A DNA stretch of 64,000 bases from Acidobacteria bacterium RIFCSPLOWO2_02_FULL_65_29 (GCA_001767435.1 MEKT01000036.1:11391-75390); one strand, 5' to 3'. Counted from the stretch's first letter, positions 32,871-42,750 are shown. Notes: generated from the letters alone by a model not told the origin. Program-made: numbers and translations.

Positions 32871-33934
32871 CGGCCCAGCCCGACCCGCGCGCGCGTCTCG
32901 ATCGGTACCTGAGCGACAGCGGGCTGGCGTCGCGGGGCCCGAAGATCGTGCCGCTGACGAGCGACGCCTCCGATCGCCGGTACTACCGGATCCTCCTGTC
33001 CAACGGTGAGTCGATCGTGCTCGCGGTTCACGCTGGGCCGATCGAGTTCACCGCGCTGCCCTTCGCCAACGTGCGCGCGCTGTTCGCCGAGGTGCCGCTT
33101 CCCGTTCCCGACATTCTCGGCCATTCCGATCGGGAGGGCATCGTGGCGCTCGAGGATCTCGGCGATGTGACGCTTCAGGCGCACGTCGGCGCGGCGACGC
33201 CGGTCGAGCATGCCGCCCTGTACCGTGAGGCCGTCGCCCTGATCGAGTTGCTGCAGCGACGGGGACGAGAGCTCGCAGACGATCGATACCTGCCCTACCG
33301 CATCGCGTTCGACGTCGAGAAGCTGACATGGGAGCTCGATTTCTTCATGCGGCATTTCGTGGAAGGTTATCGAGGCATCGCGCTGTCGCCAGCCGAGCGC
33401 GAGGCGCTTGGCTGCGAATGGCGGGACATCGTCGACGAACTGGCAGCGGAGCCGCGTGTGCTGTGCCACCGCGACTACCACAGCCGGAACCTGATGCTGC
33501 ACGGCGGACAGCTGCACATCATCGATTTTCAGGATGCCCGGATGGGTCCCGACACCTACGATCTGGTGTCGCTGCTCCGCGACTCGTACGTCGACCTCAC
33601 AGATCGCGAGATCGACGAGCTCATCGCGTACTTCCTCGCCCTCGCGGCCCGCGGTGAACGTCCGGCGTCGCACCGGGACGGGCGAGGCGCTCCGGCGGCA
33701 AGGCGCGACGACCGAGAATCGGCCGAGTTCCGTCGCCGCTTCGACCTGATGGCGCTGCAGCGCAATCTGAAAGCGCTCGGCACATTCGGCTACCAGACCA
33801 CCACGCGCGCCAACGCGGTCTACATCCAATACATGCCCCGGACGCTGCGCTACGCGAAGACCCATCTCGGGAAGTACCGGCGGTTCGCCCGGCTGCGAGA
33901 ACTGCTGGCGGCGCACGTCGAAGAGCTGCGATAA
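32867..33934 (+). CDS. aminoglycoside-phosphotransferase-fold sugar kinase (AmgK-like anomeric MurNAc/GlcNAc kinase)
   Basis: CHRDYHSRNLMLHGGQLHIIDFQDARMGPDTYDLVSLLRDSY is the catalytic/Brenner region seen in AmgK-type kinases. The GTG start overlaps the upstream stop (GTGA at 32867-32870). Confidence 0.65.
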   Translation: MTAQPDPRARLDRYLSDSGLASRGPKIVPLTSDASDRRYYRILLSNGESIVLAVHAGPIEFTALPFANVRALFAEVPLPVPDILGHSDREGIVALEDLGDVTLQAHVGAATPVEHAALYREAVALIELLQRRGRELADDRYLPYRIAFDVEKLTWELDFFMRHFVEGYRGIALSPAEREALGCEWRDIVDELAAEPRVLCHRDYHSRNLMLHGGQLHIIDFQDARMGPDTYDLVSLLRDSYVDLTDREIDELIAYFLALAARGERPASHRDGRGAPAARRDDRESAEFRRRFDLMALQRNLKALGTFGYQTTTRANAVYIQYMPRTLRYAKTHLGKYRRFARLRELLAAHVEELR

Positions 33935-33966
33935 ACAAACGTCGGCTAGAATCAGGAATTCGGTCT

Positions 33967-34815
33967 GTGGCGAAACGTCCGTTCGGGATCTCGACGCATC
34001 TCTACCACAACCACCGGCTGTGCCGCGAGCATCTGCAGGAGATTGGCGCGCACGGGTTCGAGCGCGTCGAGCTGTTCGCCACGCGGACGCACTTCGACTA
34101 TCACAATCCGGCGGCCGTCGCCGACCTCCAGCAGTGGCTCGCGGAAGCCGGGCTCGTGCTGCACGGCGTGCACGCGCCGATCGGCGAGAGTTTCTCGGGC
34201 GGGCGGTGGGGGCCGCCGCTGACGCTGGCCAGCGCGGACCGTGACGCGCGCGAACGCGCGGTGCGTGAAGCCGAGCTCGCGCTGCAGATCGCGCGGCGCC
34301 TGCCGTTCGGGACGCTGGTGGCGCACATCGGCCTGCCGCGGACCCAGCAGCCCACCACCGCCGACAACAGCCGGGATGCCGCCAGACGCAGCATCGACGA
34401 GCTGCAGCGGCTGGCCGAGCCTCTCGGCGTCGTCGTCGCGCTCGAGGTCATTCCCAACGAGCTGTCGCGCGCCGGTTCGCTCGTGCACTTTGTCGAAGAC
34501 GTGCTGGACCGCGGCGGCGTGGGCATCTGCCTCGACTTCGGACACGCCCACATGGACGGGGACCTCGTCGAGGCGATTGAAACCGTGTCGGAGCACCTCT
34601 TGACGACGCACGTGCACGACAACCGCGGCCGTACCGACGATCACCTCGTGCCCTTCGAGGGCACGATCGACTGGCCGTCGGCGCTCACCGCCATTCAGAA
34701 AGTCGGCTACGATGGCACGCTGCTCCTCGAGATCGCGGCACACGGATCAGCGAAAGACACCTTGGTGAAAGCACGCAAGGCGCGCGGGCGAATGGAAAAG
34801 CTGTTAGCGGGCTGA
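33967..34815 (+). CDS. sugar phosphate isomerase/epimerase (xylose isomerase-like TIM barrel)
   Basis: GFERVELF, VALEVIPNE, DFGHAHM and THVHDN motifs. GTG start. Confidence 0.8.
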   Translation: MAKRPFGISTHLYHNHRLCREHLQEIGAHGFERVELFATRTHFDYHNPAAVADLQQWLAEAGLVLHGVHAPIGESFSGGRWGPPLTLASADRDARERAVREAELALQIARRLPFGTLVAHIGLPRTQQPTTADNSRDAARRSIDELQRLAEPLGVVVALEVIPNELSRAGSLVHFVEDVLDRGGVGICLDFGHAHMDGDLVEAIETVSEHLLTTHVHDNRGRTDDHLVPFEGTIDWPSALTAIQKVGYDGTLLLEIAAHGSAKDTLVKARKARGRMEKLLAG

Positions 34816-34822
34816 CAATGAC

Positions 34823-34895
34823 ACCACGAAGTCACGAAGGACACGAGGGCTCCATGTGTACAAGAATTCCTTCGTGCTCTTCGTGTTTTCGTGGT
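34823..34895. repeat. hairpin built from tandem CACGAAG words (W2), copy 1, upstream of asnS
   Basis: Left arm caccacgaagtcacgaaggacacgag (34823-34847). Right arm ccttcgtgctcttcgtgttttcgtggt (34869-34895). Confidence 0.85.
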
Positions 34896-34911
34896 CGCAT
34901 CTAGATTCCTT

Positions 34912-36204
34912 ATGCACGTCTACATCGAAGACATCGGCAAGCACGAAGGCGAGGACGTCACCATCAAGGGGTGGCTGCACAACCGCCGCTCGAGCGGGAA
35001 GATCCACTTTCTCATCCTGCGCGACGGCACGGGCTTCATCCAGGCCGTCATGTCCAAGGCCGCGGTCGGCGAGGAATCGTTCAGGGCGGCCGATCACCTT
35101 TCCCAGGAGACATCGGTCGTCGTCGCGGGCACGGCGCGCGCCGACACGCGCGCGCCGAGCGGCTATGAGATCGACGTCAAGAGTCTGGAAATCGTCGGGT
35201 CGTCGCACGACTACCCGATCACTCCCAAGGAGCACGGCGTCGACTACCTGCTCGATCGGCGCCATCTGTGGATTCGCAGCGAGCGGCAGCAGGCCATCCT
35301 TCGGGTACGGCACGAGATCATCAACGCGGTCCGGGATTTCTTCAACGGTCGAGGGTTCATCCTGGCCGACACACCCATCTTCACGCCCGCCGCGTGCGAA
35401 GGCACGACGACGCTCTTCCCGGCGCAGTACTTCGAGGAACAGACCGCGTACTTGACGCAGAGCGGCCAGTTGTACAACGAGGCCAACGCCATGGCGCTCG
35501 GCAAGGTGTACTGCTTCGGCCCGACGTTCCGCGCCGAGAAGTCGAAGACGCGGCGCCACCTGACCGAGTTCTGGATGGTCGAGCCCGAGATGGCCTGGGC
35601 CGATTTGAACGACGTGATGAACCTCGCCGAGGATCTCGTGGTGTCGATTGTCGGTCGCGTGCTCGACAAGCGGCGCCGCGAGCTCACCGTGCTCGAGCGC
35701 GATCTCTCGAAGCTCGAATCGATCCAGAAGCCCTTTCCGCGCATCTCCTACGACGAGGCGGTGAAGAAGCTGCAGGCCGGGGGGTTGCCCATCGAGTGGG
35801 GCGGCGATTTCGGCGGGCCCGACGAGACGGCCCTGTCGGAAGCGTTCGATCGGCCGGTGATGATCGACCGGTATCCGGCGGCCGTCAAGGCGTTCTACAT
35901 GAAGCCCGATCCCGATCGGCCCGAGCTCGCGCTCGGCGTGGACGTGCTGGCACCCGAAGGCTACGGCGAGATTATTGGCGGCGGCGAGCGCCTCGCCGAT
36001 CTCGATCTGCTGATCGAGCGCATCAAGGCACACGGCCTGCCCCAGGAGGCGTTCGAGTGGTATCTCGACCTGCGCCGCTACGGCACGGTGCCGCACGGTG
36101 GCTTCGGCATGGGCATCGAGCGCGTCGTCGCCTGGATCTGCAAGCTCGAACACGTGCGGGAGACGATCCCGTATCCACGGATGCTCAATCGGCTGTACCC
36201 ATAG
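34912..36204 (+). CDS. asnS: asparagine--tRNA ligase
   Basis: [23 protein letters not shown] (OB fold) and [28 protein letters not shown] (the class IIb motif 2 region characteristic of AsnRS). About 430 aa. Confidence 0.9.
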   Translation: MHVYIEDIGKHEGEDVTIKGWLHNRRSSGKIHFLILRDGTGFIQAVMSKAAVGEESFRAADHLSQETSVVVAGTARADTRAPSGYEIDVKSLEIVGSSHDYPITPKEHGVDYLLDRRHLWIRSERQQAILRVRHEIINAVRDFFNGRGFILADTPIFTPAACEGTTTLFPAQYFEEQTAYLTQSGQLYNEANAMALGKVYCFGPTFRAEKSKTRRHLTEFWMVEPEMAWADLNDVMNLAEDLVVSIVGRVLDKRRRELTVLERDLSKLESIQKPFPRISYDEAVKKLQAGGLPIEWGGDFGGPDETALSEAFDRPVMIDRYPAAVKAFYMKPDPDRPELALGVDVLAPEGYGEIIGGGERLADLDLLIERIKAHGLPQEAFEWYLDLRRYGTVPHGGFGMGIERVVAWICKLEHVRETIPYPRMLNRLYP

Positions 36205-36248
36205 AGAGATCCTTCGGTGTATTCGTTGCCGAGGCCTCGGAAAATGCA

Positions 36249-36325
36249 ACCACGAAGACACGAAGTCACGAAGAAAGACTCCATAGAGTGGGATCTTGTC
36301 TTCTTCGTGTTTTCGTGCCTTCGTG
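36249..36325. repeat. hairpin built from tandem CACGAAG words (W2), copy 2, between asnS and rimO
   Basis: Left arm accacgaagacacgaagtcacgaagaaagac (36249-36279). Right arm gtcttcttcgtgttttcgtgccttcgtgg (36298-36325). Confidence 0.85.
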
Positions 36326-36346
36326 GCCTATGCTGAGGCAAGCCCG

Positions 36347-37810
36347 ATGAAAATTGGTTTGATTTCGCTTGGGTGTCCCAAAAACCTCGTCGACTCCGAG
36401 GTGATGCTCGGGCTCGCCCGTCAGGCGGGTCATGAGCTCACACGGGACGCGGCCGCCGCCGACGTGATCGTCGTCAACACGTGCGCGTTCATCGACTCGG
36501 CCAAGCAGGAATCGGTCGACGCGATTCTCGAAATGGCCGAGCACAAGAAGGACGGCGCGTGCCGCCGGTTGATCGTCACCGGCTGTCTCGCCGAGCGCTA
36601 TCGCGATCGGCTCAGGGCCGAGATTCCGGAGATCGACGCCGTGCTCGGCACCGGCCAGGTGCCCGAGATCGTCGGCGCGATCTCGGGCGCGTCGTCTCAT
36701 GCCGGTGCGTCGCCGCTCACGTTCTTCAAGACGGGAACACGGCCACAAGATCCCGAGCCCCGAATTCCGAGCCCCCCGCCTGCGCTCGCCAGAACAGCTC
36801 GCGAGCGACGGCGTGGCACGCCGAAGCGGCAGGGCCGCGAAGGCGGCGAACCCCTGCCCGATTACCTGTACGACGCCGAGACCCCACGGGTGCTCGCGAC
36901 GCCGAGCCACTACGCGTACGTGAAGGTCGCCGAAGGCTGCGACTACGCCTGCGCCTTTTGCATCATCCCGACGCTGCGCGGTCACTACCGCAGTCGTTCC
37001 GCGGGCTCGATTGTGCAGGAAGCGCGTGCGCTCGCGGCTCGCGGCGTGAAGGAACTGCTCCTCATCTCCCAGGACACCACGTTCTACGGCGTCGATCGGG
37101 GCGAGCGAGGCGCGCTGGCAGCGCTCCTCCGCCAACTGAACGCGGTCGACGGCCTGGAATGGATCCGGCTGCTCTACCTCTACCCCACCACGATCGACGA
37201 CGGGACGCTCGCGGCGATGGCGGAGTGCCACAAGGTCTGCAAGTACATCGACCTGCCGCTCCAGCACGCGTCGAACCCGGTCCTCAAACGCATGAAACGG
37301 CCGGGCACACGCCAGACGTACGACCGGCTCCTCGACCGTATTCGAGCTCGAGTCCCGGGGGTCGCGCTGCGGACCACGTTCGTCGTTGGTTTCCCCGGCG
37401 AAACCGGGCACGATGTGGCCGAGCTCGGCCGCTTCGTCGAGGATCAGGCGTTCGAGCACGTCGGCGTGTTCACCTACTCGCACGAGGAAGGCACGTCCGC
37501 CTACGGGTTGGACGACAGCGTGCCGGCGAGCGCCAAGCGCCGGCGGCGCAGCCGGATCATGAGCCTCCAGAAGCGGCTCGTCGGCCGGCGGCAGAAAGGC
37601 CGGCTGGGCGAGCGGGTTCGCGTCCTGGTCGACGGACCATCGGACGACCACGATCTCGTGCTCAAGGCGCGGCTTGCCTCGCAGGCGCCGGATATCGATG
37701 CGTCGGTGTTTCTGACCGACTGCGATCCGTCGGCCTATCGGAGCGGCGATTTTGCCGAGGTCGAGATCATCGGCGCCCGTGCCTACGACCTGATCGCACG
37801 TCCGACCTGA
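36347..37810 (+). CDS. rimO: ribosomal protein S12 methylthiotransferase
   Basis: MKIGLISLGCPKNLVDSE N-terminus, the radical-SAM CDYACAFCIIP motif and a TRAM C-terminus. It carries an extra basic/Pro-rich linker of roughly 45 aa. Confidence 0.9.
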   Translation: MKIGLISLGCPKNLVDSEVMLGLARQAGHELTRDAAAADVIVVNTCAFIDSAKQESVDAILEMAEHKKDGACRRLIVTGCLAERYRDRLRAEIPEIDAVLGTGQVPEIVGAISGASSHAGASPLTFFKTGTRPQDPEPRIPSPPPALARTARERRRGTPKRQGREGGEPLPDYLYDAETPRVLATPSHYAYVKVAEGCDYACAFCIIPTLRGHYRSRSAGSIVQEARALAARGVKELLLISQDTTFYGVDRGERGALAALLRQLNAVDGLEWIRLLYLYPTTIDDGTLAAMAECHKVCKYIDLPLQHASNPVLKRMKRPGTRQTYDRLLDRIRARVPGVALRTTFVVGFPGETGHDVAELGRFVEDQAFEHVGVFTYSHEEGTSAYGLDDSVPASAKRRRRSRIMSLQKRLVGRRQKGRLGERVRVLVDGPSDDHDLVLKARLASQAPDIDASVFLTDCDPSAYRSGDFAEVEIIGARAYDLIARPT

Positions 37811-37857
37811 CACGACCGATCCCGGTTCGCTCGGCGACTCGAAGGACGCGGTCGCTG

Positions 37858-37866
37858 TGCTATACT
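37858..37866 (+). promoter_or_regulatory. candidate extended -10 promoter (TGcTATACT)
   Basis: gctgTGcTATACTttag lies 48 nt after the rimO stop. The -35 is poor. It would start a transcript just upstream of the terminator hairpin at 37897. Confidence 0.3.
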
Positions 37867-37896
37867 TTAGTGTTCGAGCCTGGGTAGTAGGACCGA

Positions 37897-37919
37897 AGTG
37901 GGCAGGTGCCCACTTTTTT
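37897..37919 (+). terminator. canonical intrinsic terminator (AGTGGGC-aggt-GCCCACT + T6)
   Basis: 7-bp GC stem (extendable to gaagtgggc/gcccacttt), 4-nt loop, followed by tttttt. Lies between rimO and rimP. Confidence 0.8.
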
Positions 37920-37974
37920 AGTTTCAGGGCTCGTCAGGACCCGTCCTAAGCCCAGAACGTCCTCGGCGGCGACC

Positions 37975-38457
37975 ATGCAGGGAGACATCGTCGAACAGGT
38001 ACGGACGGTCGCGGCTCGGGTCGCCGCCGGATATGGCCTCGAGATCTTCGACGTGCAGTATCGGCGGGAAGCGAGCGGCATGGTCCTGCGCGTCCGGATC
38101 GACCGGCCTGGACCGGGCCTGACGGCCGAGGACAGCGTGGGCGTGGACGATTGCGCGGCCGTCAGCCGCGATCTGAGCGCGATGCTCGACGTCGAGGATC
38201 TGGTGCCGATCGCCTACACGCTGGAGGTTTCATCGCCGGGGCTCGACCGGCCGCTGCGCGGCCCCGACGACTATCGGCGCTTCGCCGGGCGCGTGGCCAA
38301 GCTCGTGGTGCGCGAGGAGGTGGACGGTCAGAAGTATTTCAAGGGGCGGCTCGCCGGCTGCGCCGGCGACGAGGTGCTGATCGACGGCGAGGACCGCAAG
38401 CGCCACCGGGTGCCGGTGGGCCTCATCACACGCGCGAATCTGGAAGTGGAGTTCTAG
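37975..38457 (+). CDS. rimP: ribosome maturation factor RimP
   Basis: GYGLEIFDVQYRREASGMVLRVRID...LEVSSPGLDRPL. Position upstream of nusA. ATG 37975. Confidence 0.85.
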   Translation: MQGDIVEQVRTVAARVAAGYGLEIFDVQYRREASGMVLRVRIDRPGPGLTAEDSVGVDDCAAVSRDLSAMLDVEDLVPIAYTLEVSSPGLDRPLRGPDDYRRFAGRVAKLVVREEVDGQKYFKGRLAGCAGDEVLIDGEDRKRHRVPVGLITRANLEVEF

Positions 38458-38490
38458 CTGACGGCCGGGAGCTGAAAGCTGAAAGCTGAC
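38456..38490. repeat. AGCTGA word element (W5), copy 2, between rimP and nusA
   Basis: Sequence agctgacggccgggagctgaaagctgaaagctgac, filling the rimP-nusA gap. Confidence 0.7.
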
Positions 38491-39867
38491 ATGTCGAATC
38501 CTTTGCAGCAGACCATTGAAGCCCTGGCGAAAGAGAAGGGCATCGAACCCGACGTCGTGATCAGCGCGATCGAGGAAGCGGTGGCCACCGCGTCGCGCAA
38601 GTATTACAAGACGGGCGAGAACCTGAAGACGCGGTTCAACACCGAGACCGGCCAGGTCGACTTGTTCGCATTGAAACAGGTCGTGCAAGAGGTGACCAAC
38701 CCGGCCATCGAAATCGCGCTCGACGAGGCGCGCCAGATGTACCAGCAGCTGTACGGCGACGAGGTCGCCAACTCGATCGAGCTCGGCGACGAGATGGAGT
38801 TCCCGAAGCCGACCGAGGTCCTTGGCCGGATCGCGGCCCAGACGGCCAAGCAGGTCATCTTCCAGAAAGTGCGCGAGGCGGAGCGCGAAAACATCTTCGC
38901 CGAGTACAACCAGCGGATCGGCGAGGTCGTCAACGGCACGGTGAAACGCTTCGAGAACGGAGACATCATTCTCGAAGTCGGCCGCGTCGAAGCCGTGCTG
39001 CCCCGCAAAGAGCAGTCGCGCGCCGAAAGCTACGCGCCATCGGACCGCGTGCGAACGGTCATCAAGGGCGTCAACCGCAGCGCGAAGGGCCCGCAGATCG
39101 TGCTCTCACGTACCGACCCGGCGCTCCTCATCAAGCTCTTCGAGCAGGAAGTGCCGGAAATCTACGACGGCACGGTGATGATCCGGGGCGCGGTGCGCGA
39201 AGCAGGCGACCGCGCCAAGGTCGCGGTCTTCTCGCGCGAGCGCGACGTCGATCCGGTCGGCGCTTGCGTCGGCATGAAGGGCACGCGCGTGCAGTCGATC
39301 ATCCGAGAGCTCCGCGGCGAGAAGATTGACATCGTCGAGTGGTCCGAGGATCCGATCGCGTTTGTGACCAACGCGCTCAGCCCGGCCAAGGTGCAGCGCG
39401 TGTCGATCGTGGACGACCACGAGCGCGTGATGGAAGTGGTGGTCGAGGACAAGCAGCTGTCGCTCGCCATTGGCAAGAAAGGCCAGAACGTCCGGCTCGG
39501 GGCCAAGCTCACCGGCTGGCGAATCGACATCAAGAGCGAAGAGGAAAAGCGCCGCGAGGTCGAAGCCCAGTTCGAGGGCCTCGAGGCCGCGTCGGAGACG
39601 GCCGAGGCCACAGGTGAGGCCGCCGGCGCCACGGACGGGGCGGAAGAGACCCCCCTGCCGTTTGCACTGGCCGGCGTTGGTCACAAGACGCTCCGGAAGC
39701 TCGTCGAAGCCGGTTTCTCGACGCTCGAGGCGGTCGCCGCCGCCACTGTGGAGCAGTTGTCGGAAATTCCCGGCATCGGCAGCAAGACCGCGGAGAAGAT
39801 TCTCGCCGCCTCGCGCGGCGAAGGCGAGGCGGCCGAGACCGACAACGGTGCGCCGGCGGAAGACTGA
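38491..39867 (+). CDS. nusA: transcription termination/antitermination factor NusA
   Basis: N-terminal domain, S1 ([20 protein letters not shown]), two KH domains ([14 protein letters not shown]) and a C-terminal HhH repeat. 458 aa. Confidence 0.95.
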   Translation: MSNPLQQTIEALAKEKGIEPDVVISAIEEAVATASRKYYKTGENLKTRFNTETGQVDLFALKQVVQEVTNPAIEIALDEARQMYQQLYGDEVANSIELGDEMEFPKPTEVLGRIAAQTAKQVIFQKVREAERENIFAEYNQRIGEVVNGTVKRFENGDIILEVGRVEAVLPRKEQSRAESYAPSDRVRTVIKGVNRSAKGPQIVLSRTDPALLIKLFEQEVPEIYDGTVMIRGAVREAGDRAKVAVFSRERDVDPVGACVGMKGTRVQSIIRELRGEKIDIVEWSEDPIAFVTNALSPAKVQRVSIVDDHERVMEVVVEDKQLSLAIGKKGQNVRLGAKLTGWRIDIKSEEEKRREVEAQFEGLEAASETAEATGEAAGATDGAEETPLPFALAGVGHKTLRKLVEAGFSTLEAVAAATVEQLSEIPGIGSKTAEKILAASRGEGEAAETDNGAPAED

Positions 39868-39884
39868 CCCTCGACAGGCAGGAG

Positions 39885-39906
39885 CTGACGGCCCTCTGAC
39901 CGTCAG
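39885..39906. repeat. CTGACGG-N8-CCGTCAG hairpin within a GAGCTGA word context (W5), copy 3, between nusA and infB
   Basis: Sequence ggagctgacggccctctgaccgtcagcaatcagcg. No U tract. Confidence 0.65.
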
Positions 39907-39971
39907 CAATCAGCGATCGATAGTCACCGCTCGGCCTTTGCGAGCGTTCGCAGACAAGATAGAGGTTACGT

Positions 39972-42743
39972 TTGGCCACTGTCCGGATTTACAAGGTCGC
40001 GGAACTGCTGAACACGACGAGCCAGGAAGTGACGACGCTGCTCAAGCGCGATCACGGTATCGACGTGAAAAGCGCGTCGAGCACAATCGAAGAAGTCGTT
40101 GGGCGGCAGTTCGTCGAGCGCCTCGCACGCCAGCGCGGGATCGCGCTGCCGGGCGGCGACATGTTCTCGGAGACGCCTGCACTCAAAGGCAGGAAGGGCG
40201 CGCCGGCCAAGAGGGCGCCCGAGCCACCCAGGCCGGTCGTGCCGGCGCTGCCGCCGCCTCGGCTCGTCAAGACGGTCAAGCCGCCCGTTGCCCCCCCAAC
40301 GGTGGAGGCCGAGGCCCTTGCGCCCCCCGATCAGGTGGCGCCGCCGCTGAGCGTGGAAGAAGCGCTTCCCGAGGTGGCAGCTCTACTGGTCGCCGAACCG
40401 GCGGCCGAGGTCGAGGCGGCGCCCGAACCCCTGGCGCCCGCGTTCGAAGCCCGGATCCAAGAAGCCAGACCGACCGCGCCAGAGCTCGCCAAGCCGGTGC
40501 CGGGGCGCATCGTGCCACCGACGCTCAGGTTGCGCATCGAGCAACAGCGCCCCACCGCGCCTGACGCGCCGCTGCCGACACAGACGGCGCCGCGCATGGC
40601 GCCACGGCGAGCGCCCGAACGTCCGGCGACCCCGGTGGCCGCGCGTCCGAGCCCGGCCGGCGCCGCGGCGCGTCCTGCCGCACCTGCGGGACATCGCCTC
40701 CCGGGCCCCCCGGGCCCCCCGGGCCCGCCGGGACTCCCCGGACAGCCGCGCCCGGCGTATCCTTCCTCGGCGCGGTCGACACCGGGCGGACCACGCCCGC
40801 TGCCGTCTCAACCGATTCGCACGCAGCTGCCGGGTGCCCCGCCGCGCCCGGGCATGTACCCCCATCGACCCGGCGCTCCTTCGCCTCGCCCCCCGATGCG
40901 GTCCGGGCCGCCGGTTCAGCGTTCCGCGCGGCGAGATCCCATGGTGCGCCCCTCGTCGCACTCGGCCGTGGCCCCGCCGCCCGTCACGCGGACGATCACC
41001 CTCGCCGAAGGCATGACGGTGAAGGATCTCGCGGACCGGCTCGAGGTGAAGGTCAAGGACGTGCTGGCCAAGCTCCTGATGAAGCGGTTGATCCTGACGA
41101 TCAATTCCACGCTCGACACCGACACGGCGACCATGCTCGCGCGCGAGTTCGGCGCCGACGTGCAGATGCGGAGCTTCGAAGAAGAGCGGCTCGAGGTGGA
41201 TTCGAGCGAAGCGAGCGCGGCCGATATCGTCACGCGCGCCCCGGTCGTCACGGTCATGGGCCACGTCGACCATGGCAAGACCAGCCTGCTCGACGCGATC
41301 CGTGAGGCGCGCGTCGCGGAGCGGGAAGCCGGCGGCATCACCCAGCACATCGGCGCGTATCACGTCACGGTCAACGGCAGGAACATCGTCTTCCTCGACA
41401 CGCCGGGCCACGAGGCCTTCACCCTGATGCGCGCCCGAGGCGCCAAGGTCACCGACATCGTCATCCTGGTGGTGGCCGCCGACGACGGCGTGATGCCCCA
41501 GACCAGGGAAGCGATCGATCACGCCAGGGCGGCGAACGTGCCGATCATCGTGGCGATCAACAAGGTCGACAAGCCGAATGCGAACCCCGAGCGCGTCAAG
41601 CGCGAGCTGACCGAGCTCGACCTGATGCCCGAGGAATGGGGCGGCAAGACCGTCACCGTCGAAGTCTCGGCGAAGAAGAAGACGAACCTCGACCTGCTGC
41701 TCGAGATGATTCTGCTCGTCACCGACATCGGTGAGCTCAAAGCCAACCCGAAACGAAACGCGACCGGCACCGTGCTCGAATCCAAGCTGGACAAGGGCCG
41801 CGGTCCGGTGGCGACCGTCCTCGTTCAGGACGGCACCTTGCATGTGGGTGACACGTTCATCGCCGGTCCCGTCGTCGGGCGCGTGCGCGCGCTCATCGAC
41901 GATCGCGGCCGTCCGACCAAGTCGGCGCCGCCGTCGACACCGGTGGAAGTGCTCGGCCTGGCGGGCCTGCCCCAACCGGGCGACGTGTTCCAGGTGGCCG
42001 AGCCGCTGAAGGCGCGGCAGATTGCGGCGTTCCGCGAGGAGCAGGCGAAGAACAAGGCGCTCGGCGCGAAGGGCGCCCGGCTGACGCTCGAGTCGCTGCA
42101 GGCGCAGATCGCCGAAGGCGGCATGAAGGAGCTGCCGATCATCATCAAGGCCGACGTGCAGGGATCGGCCGAGGTGCTGGCCGACACGCTGACCAAGCTG
42201 ACGGACGAGAAGGTGAAAATCCGGATCATCCACTCCGGCGTCGGCTCGGTGAACGAGTCGGACGTCCTGCTGGCGTCGGCGTCGAACGCCGTGATCATCG
42301 CCTTCAACGTGCGCCCCGACAGAAACGCCGAAGACATCGCCACGCGCGAGCGCGTGGACATCCGCCCGCACTCGGTCATCTACAACGTCACCGACGAGAT
42401 GAAGAAAGCGATGACGGGCCTCCTCGATCCGAGGTTCAAGGAGGTCCGGTTGGGGGTGGCCGACGTCCGAAATACGTTCAAAGTCCCGAAGTACGGCACC
42501 ATCGCCGGCTGCATGGTGACCGAAGGCCGCATCACGCGCGCCGGCGACACGCAGGCGCGCCTGCTTCGCGACAACGTCGTGGCATACGAAGGCAAGATTG
42601 GATCGCTCCGCCGGTTCAAGGACGACGTCAGCGAGGTCAAGGCCGGCTTCGAGTGTGGCATCGGCTTCGAGCGGTTCAACGACATCAAGGTCGGCGACCT
42701 CATCGAGGTGTTCGTGAAGGAGAGGATCGCGATCACGGCCTGA
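39972..42743 (+). CDS. infB: translation initiation factor IF-2
   Basis: TTG start. [14 protein letters not shown]-terminus, a long Pro/Ala-rich linker, the GTPase domain ([24 protein letters not shown]), and C-terminal domains. Confidence 0.95.
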   Translation: MATVRIYKVAELLNTTSQEVTTLLKRDHGIDVKSASSTIEEVVGRQFVERLARQRGIALPGGDMFSETPALKGRKGAPAKRAPEPPRPVVPALPPPRLVKTVKPPVAPPTVEAEALAPPDQVAPPLSVEEALPEVAALLVAEPAAEVEAAPEPLAPAFEARIQEARPTAPELAKPVPGRIVPPTLRLRIEQQRPTAPDAPLPTQTAPRMAPRRAPERPATPVAARPSPAGAAARPAAPAGHRLPGPPGPPGPPGLPGQPRPAYPSSARSTPGGPRPLPSQPIRTQLPGAPPRPGMYPHRPGAPSPRPPMRSGPPVQRSARRDPMVRPSSHSAVAPPPVTRTITLAEGMTVKDLADRLEVKVKDVLAKLLMKRLILTINSTLDTDTATMLAREFGADVQMRSFEEERLEVDSSEASAADIVTRAPVVTVMGHVDHGKTSLLDAIREARVAEREAGGITQHIGAYHVTVNGRNIVFLDTPGHEAFTLMRARGAKVTDIVILVVAADDGVMPQTREAIDHARAANVPIIVAINKVDKPNANPERVKRELTELDLMPEEWGGKTVTVEVSAKKKTNLDLLLEMILLVTDIGELKANPKRNATGTVLESKLDKGRGPVATVLVQDGTLHVGDTFIAGPVVGRVRALIDDRGRPTKSAPPSTPVEVLGLAGLPQPGDVFQVAEPLKARQIAAFREEQAKNKALGAKGARLTLESLQAQIAEGGMKELPIIIKADVQGSAEVLADTLTKLTDEKVKIRIIHSGVGSVNESDVLLASASNAVIIAFNVRPDRNAEDIATRERVDIRPHSVIYNVTDEMKKAMTGLLDPRFKEVRLGVADVRNTFKVPKYGTIAGCMVTEGRITRAGDTQARLLRDNVVAYEGKIGSLRRFKDDVSEVKAGFECGIGFERFNDIKVGDLIEVFVKERIAITA

Positions 42744-42750
42744 AATACAG

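Noticed and set aside
37871-37897. T-loop-like gtgttcgagcc upstream of rimP, considered as a tRNA (metY analogue) or tRNA remnant
   Set aside because: The flanking bases cannot form a T stem (tagtg versus ctggg are not complementary). No acceptor, D or anticodon arms can be drawn in the 90 nt upstream.
40690-40745. Collagen-like [14 protein letters not shown] tract (9-bp repeats ccgggcccc) in infB, considered as a separate repeat feature or inserted element
   Set aside because: It lies within the long Pro/Ala-rich, low-complexity N-terminal linker that is typical of IF-2 in high-GC bacteria. It is in frame and shows no boundaries of an insertion.
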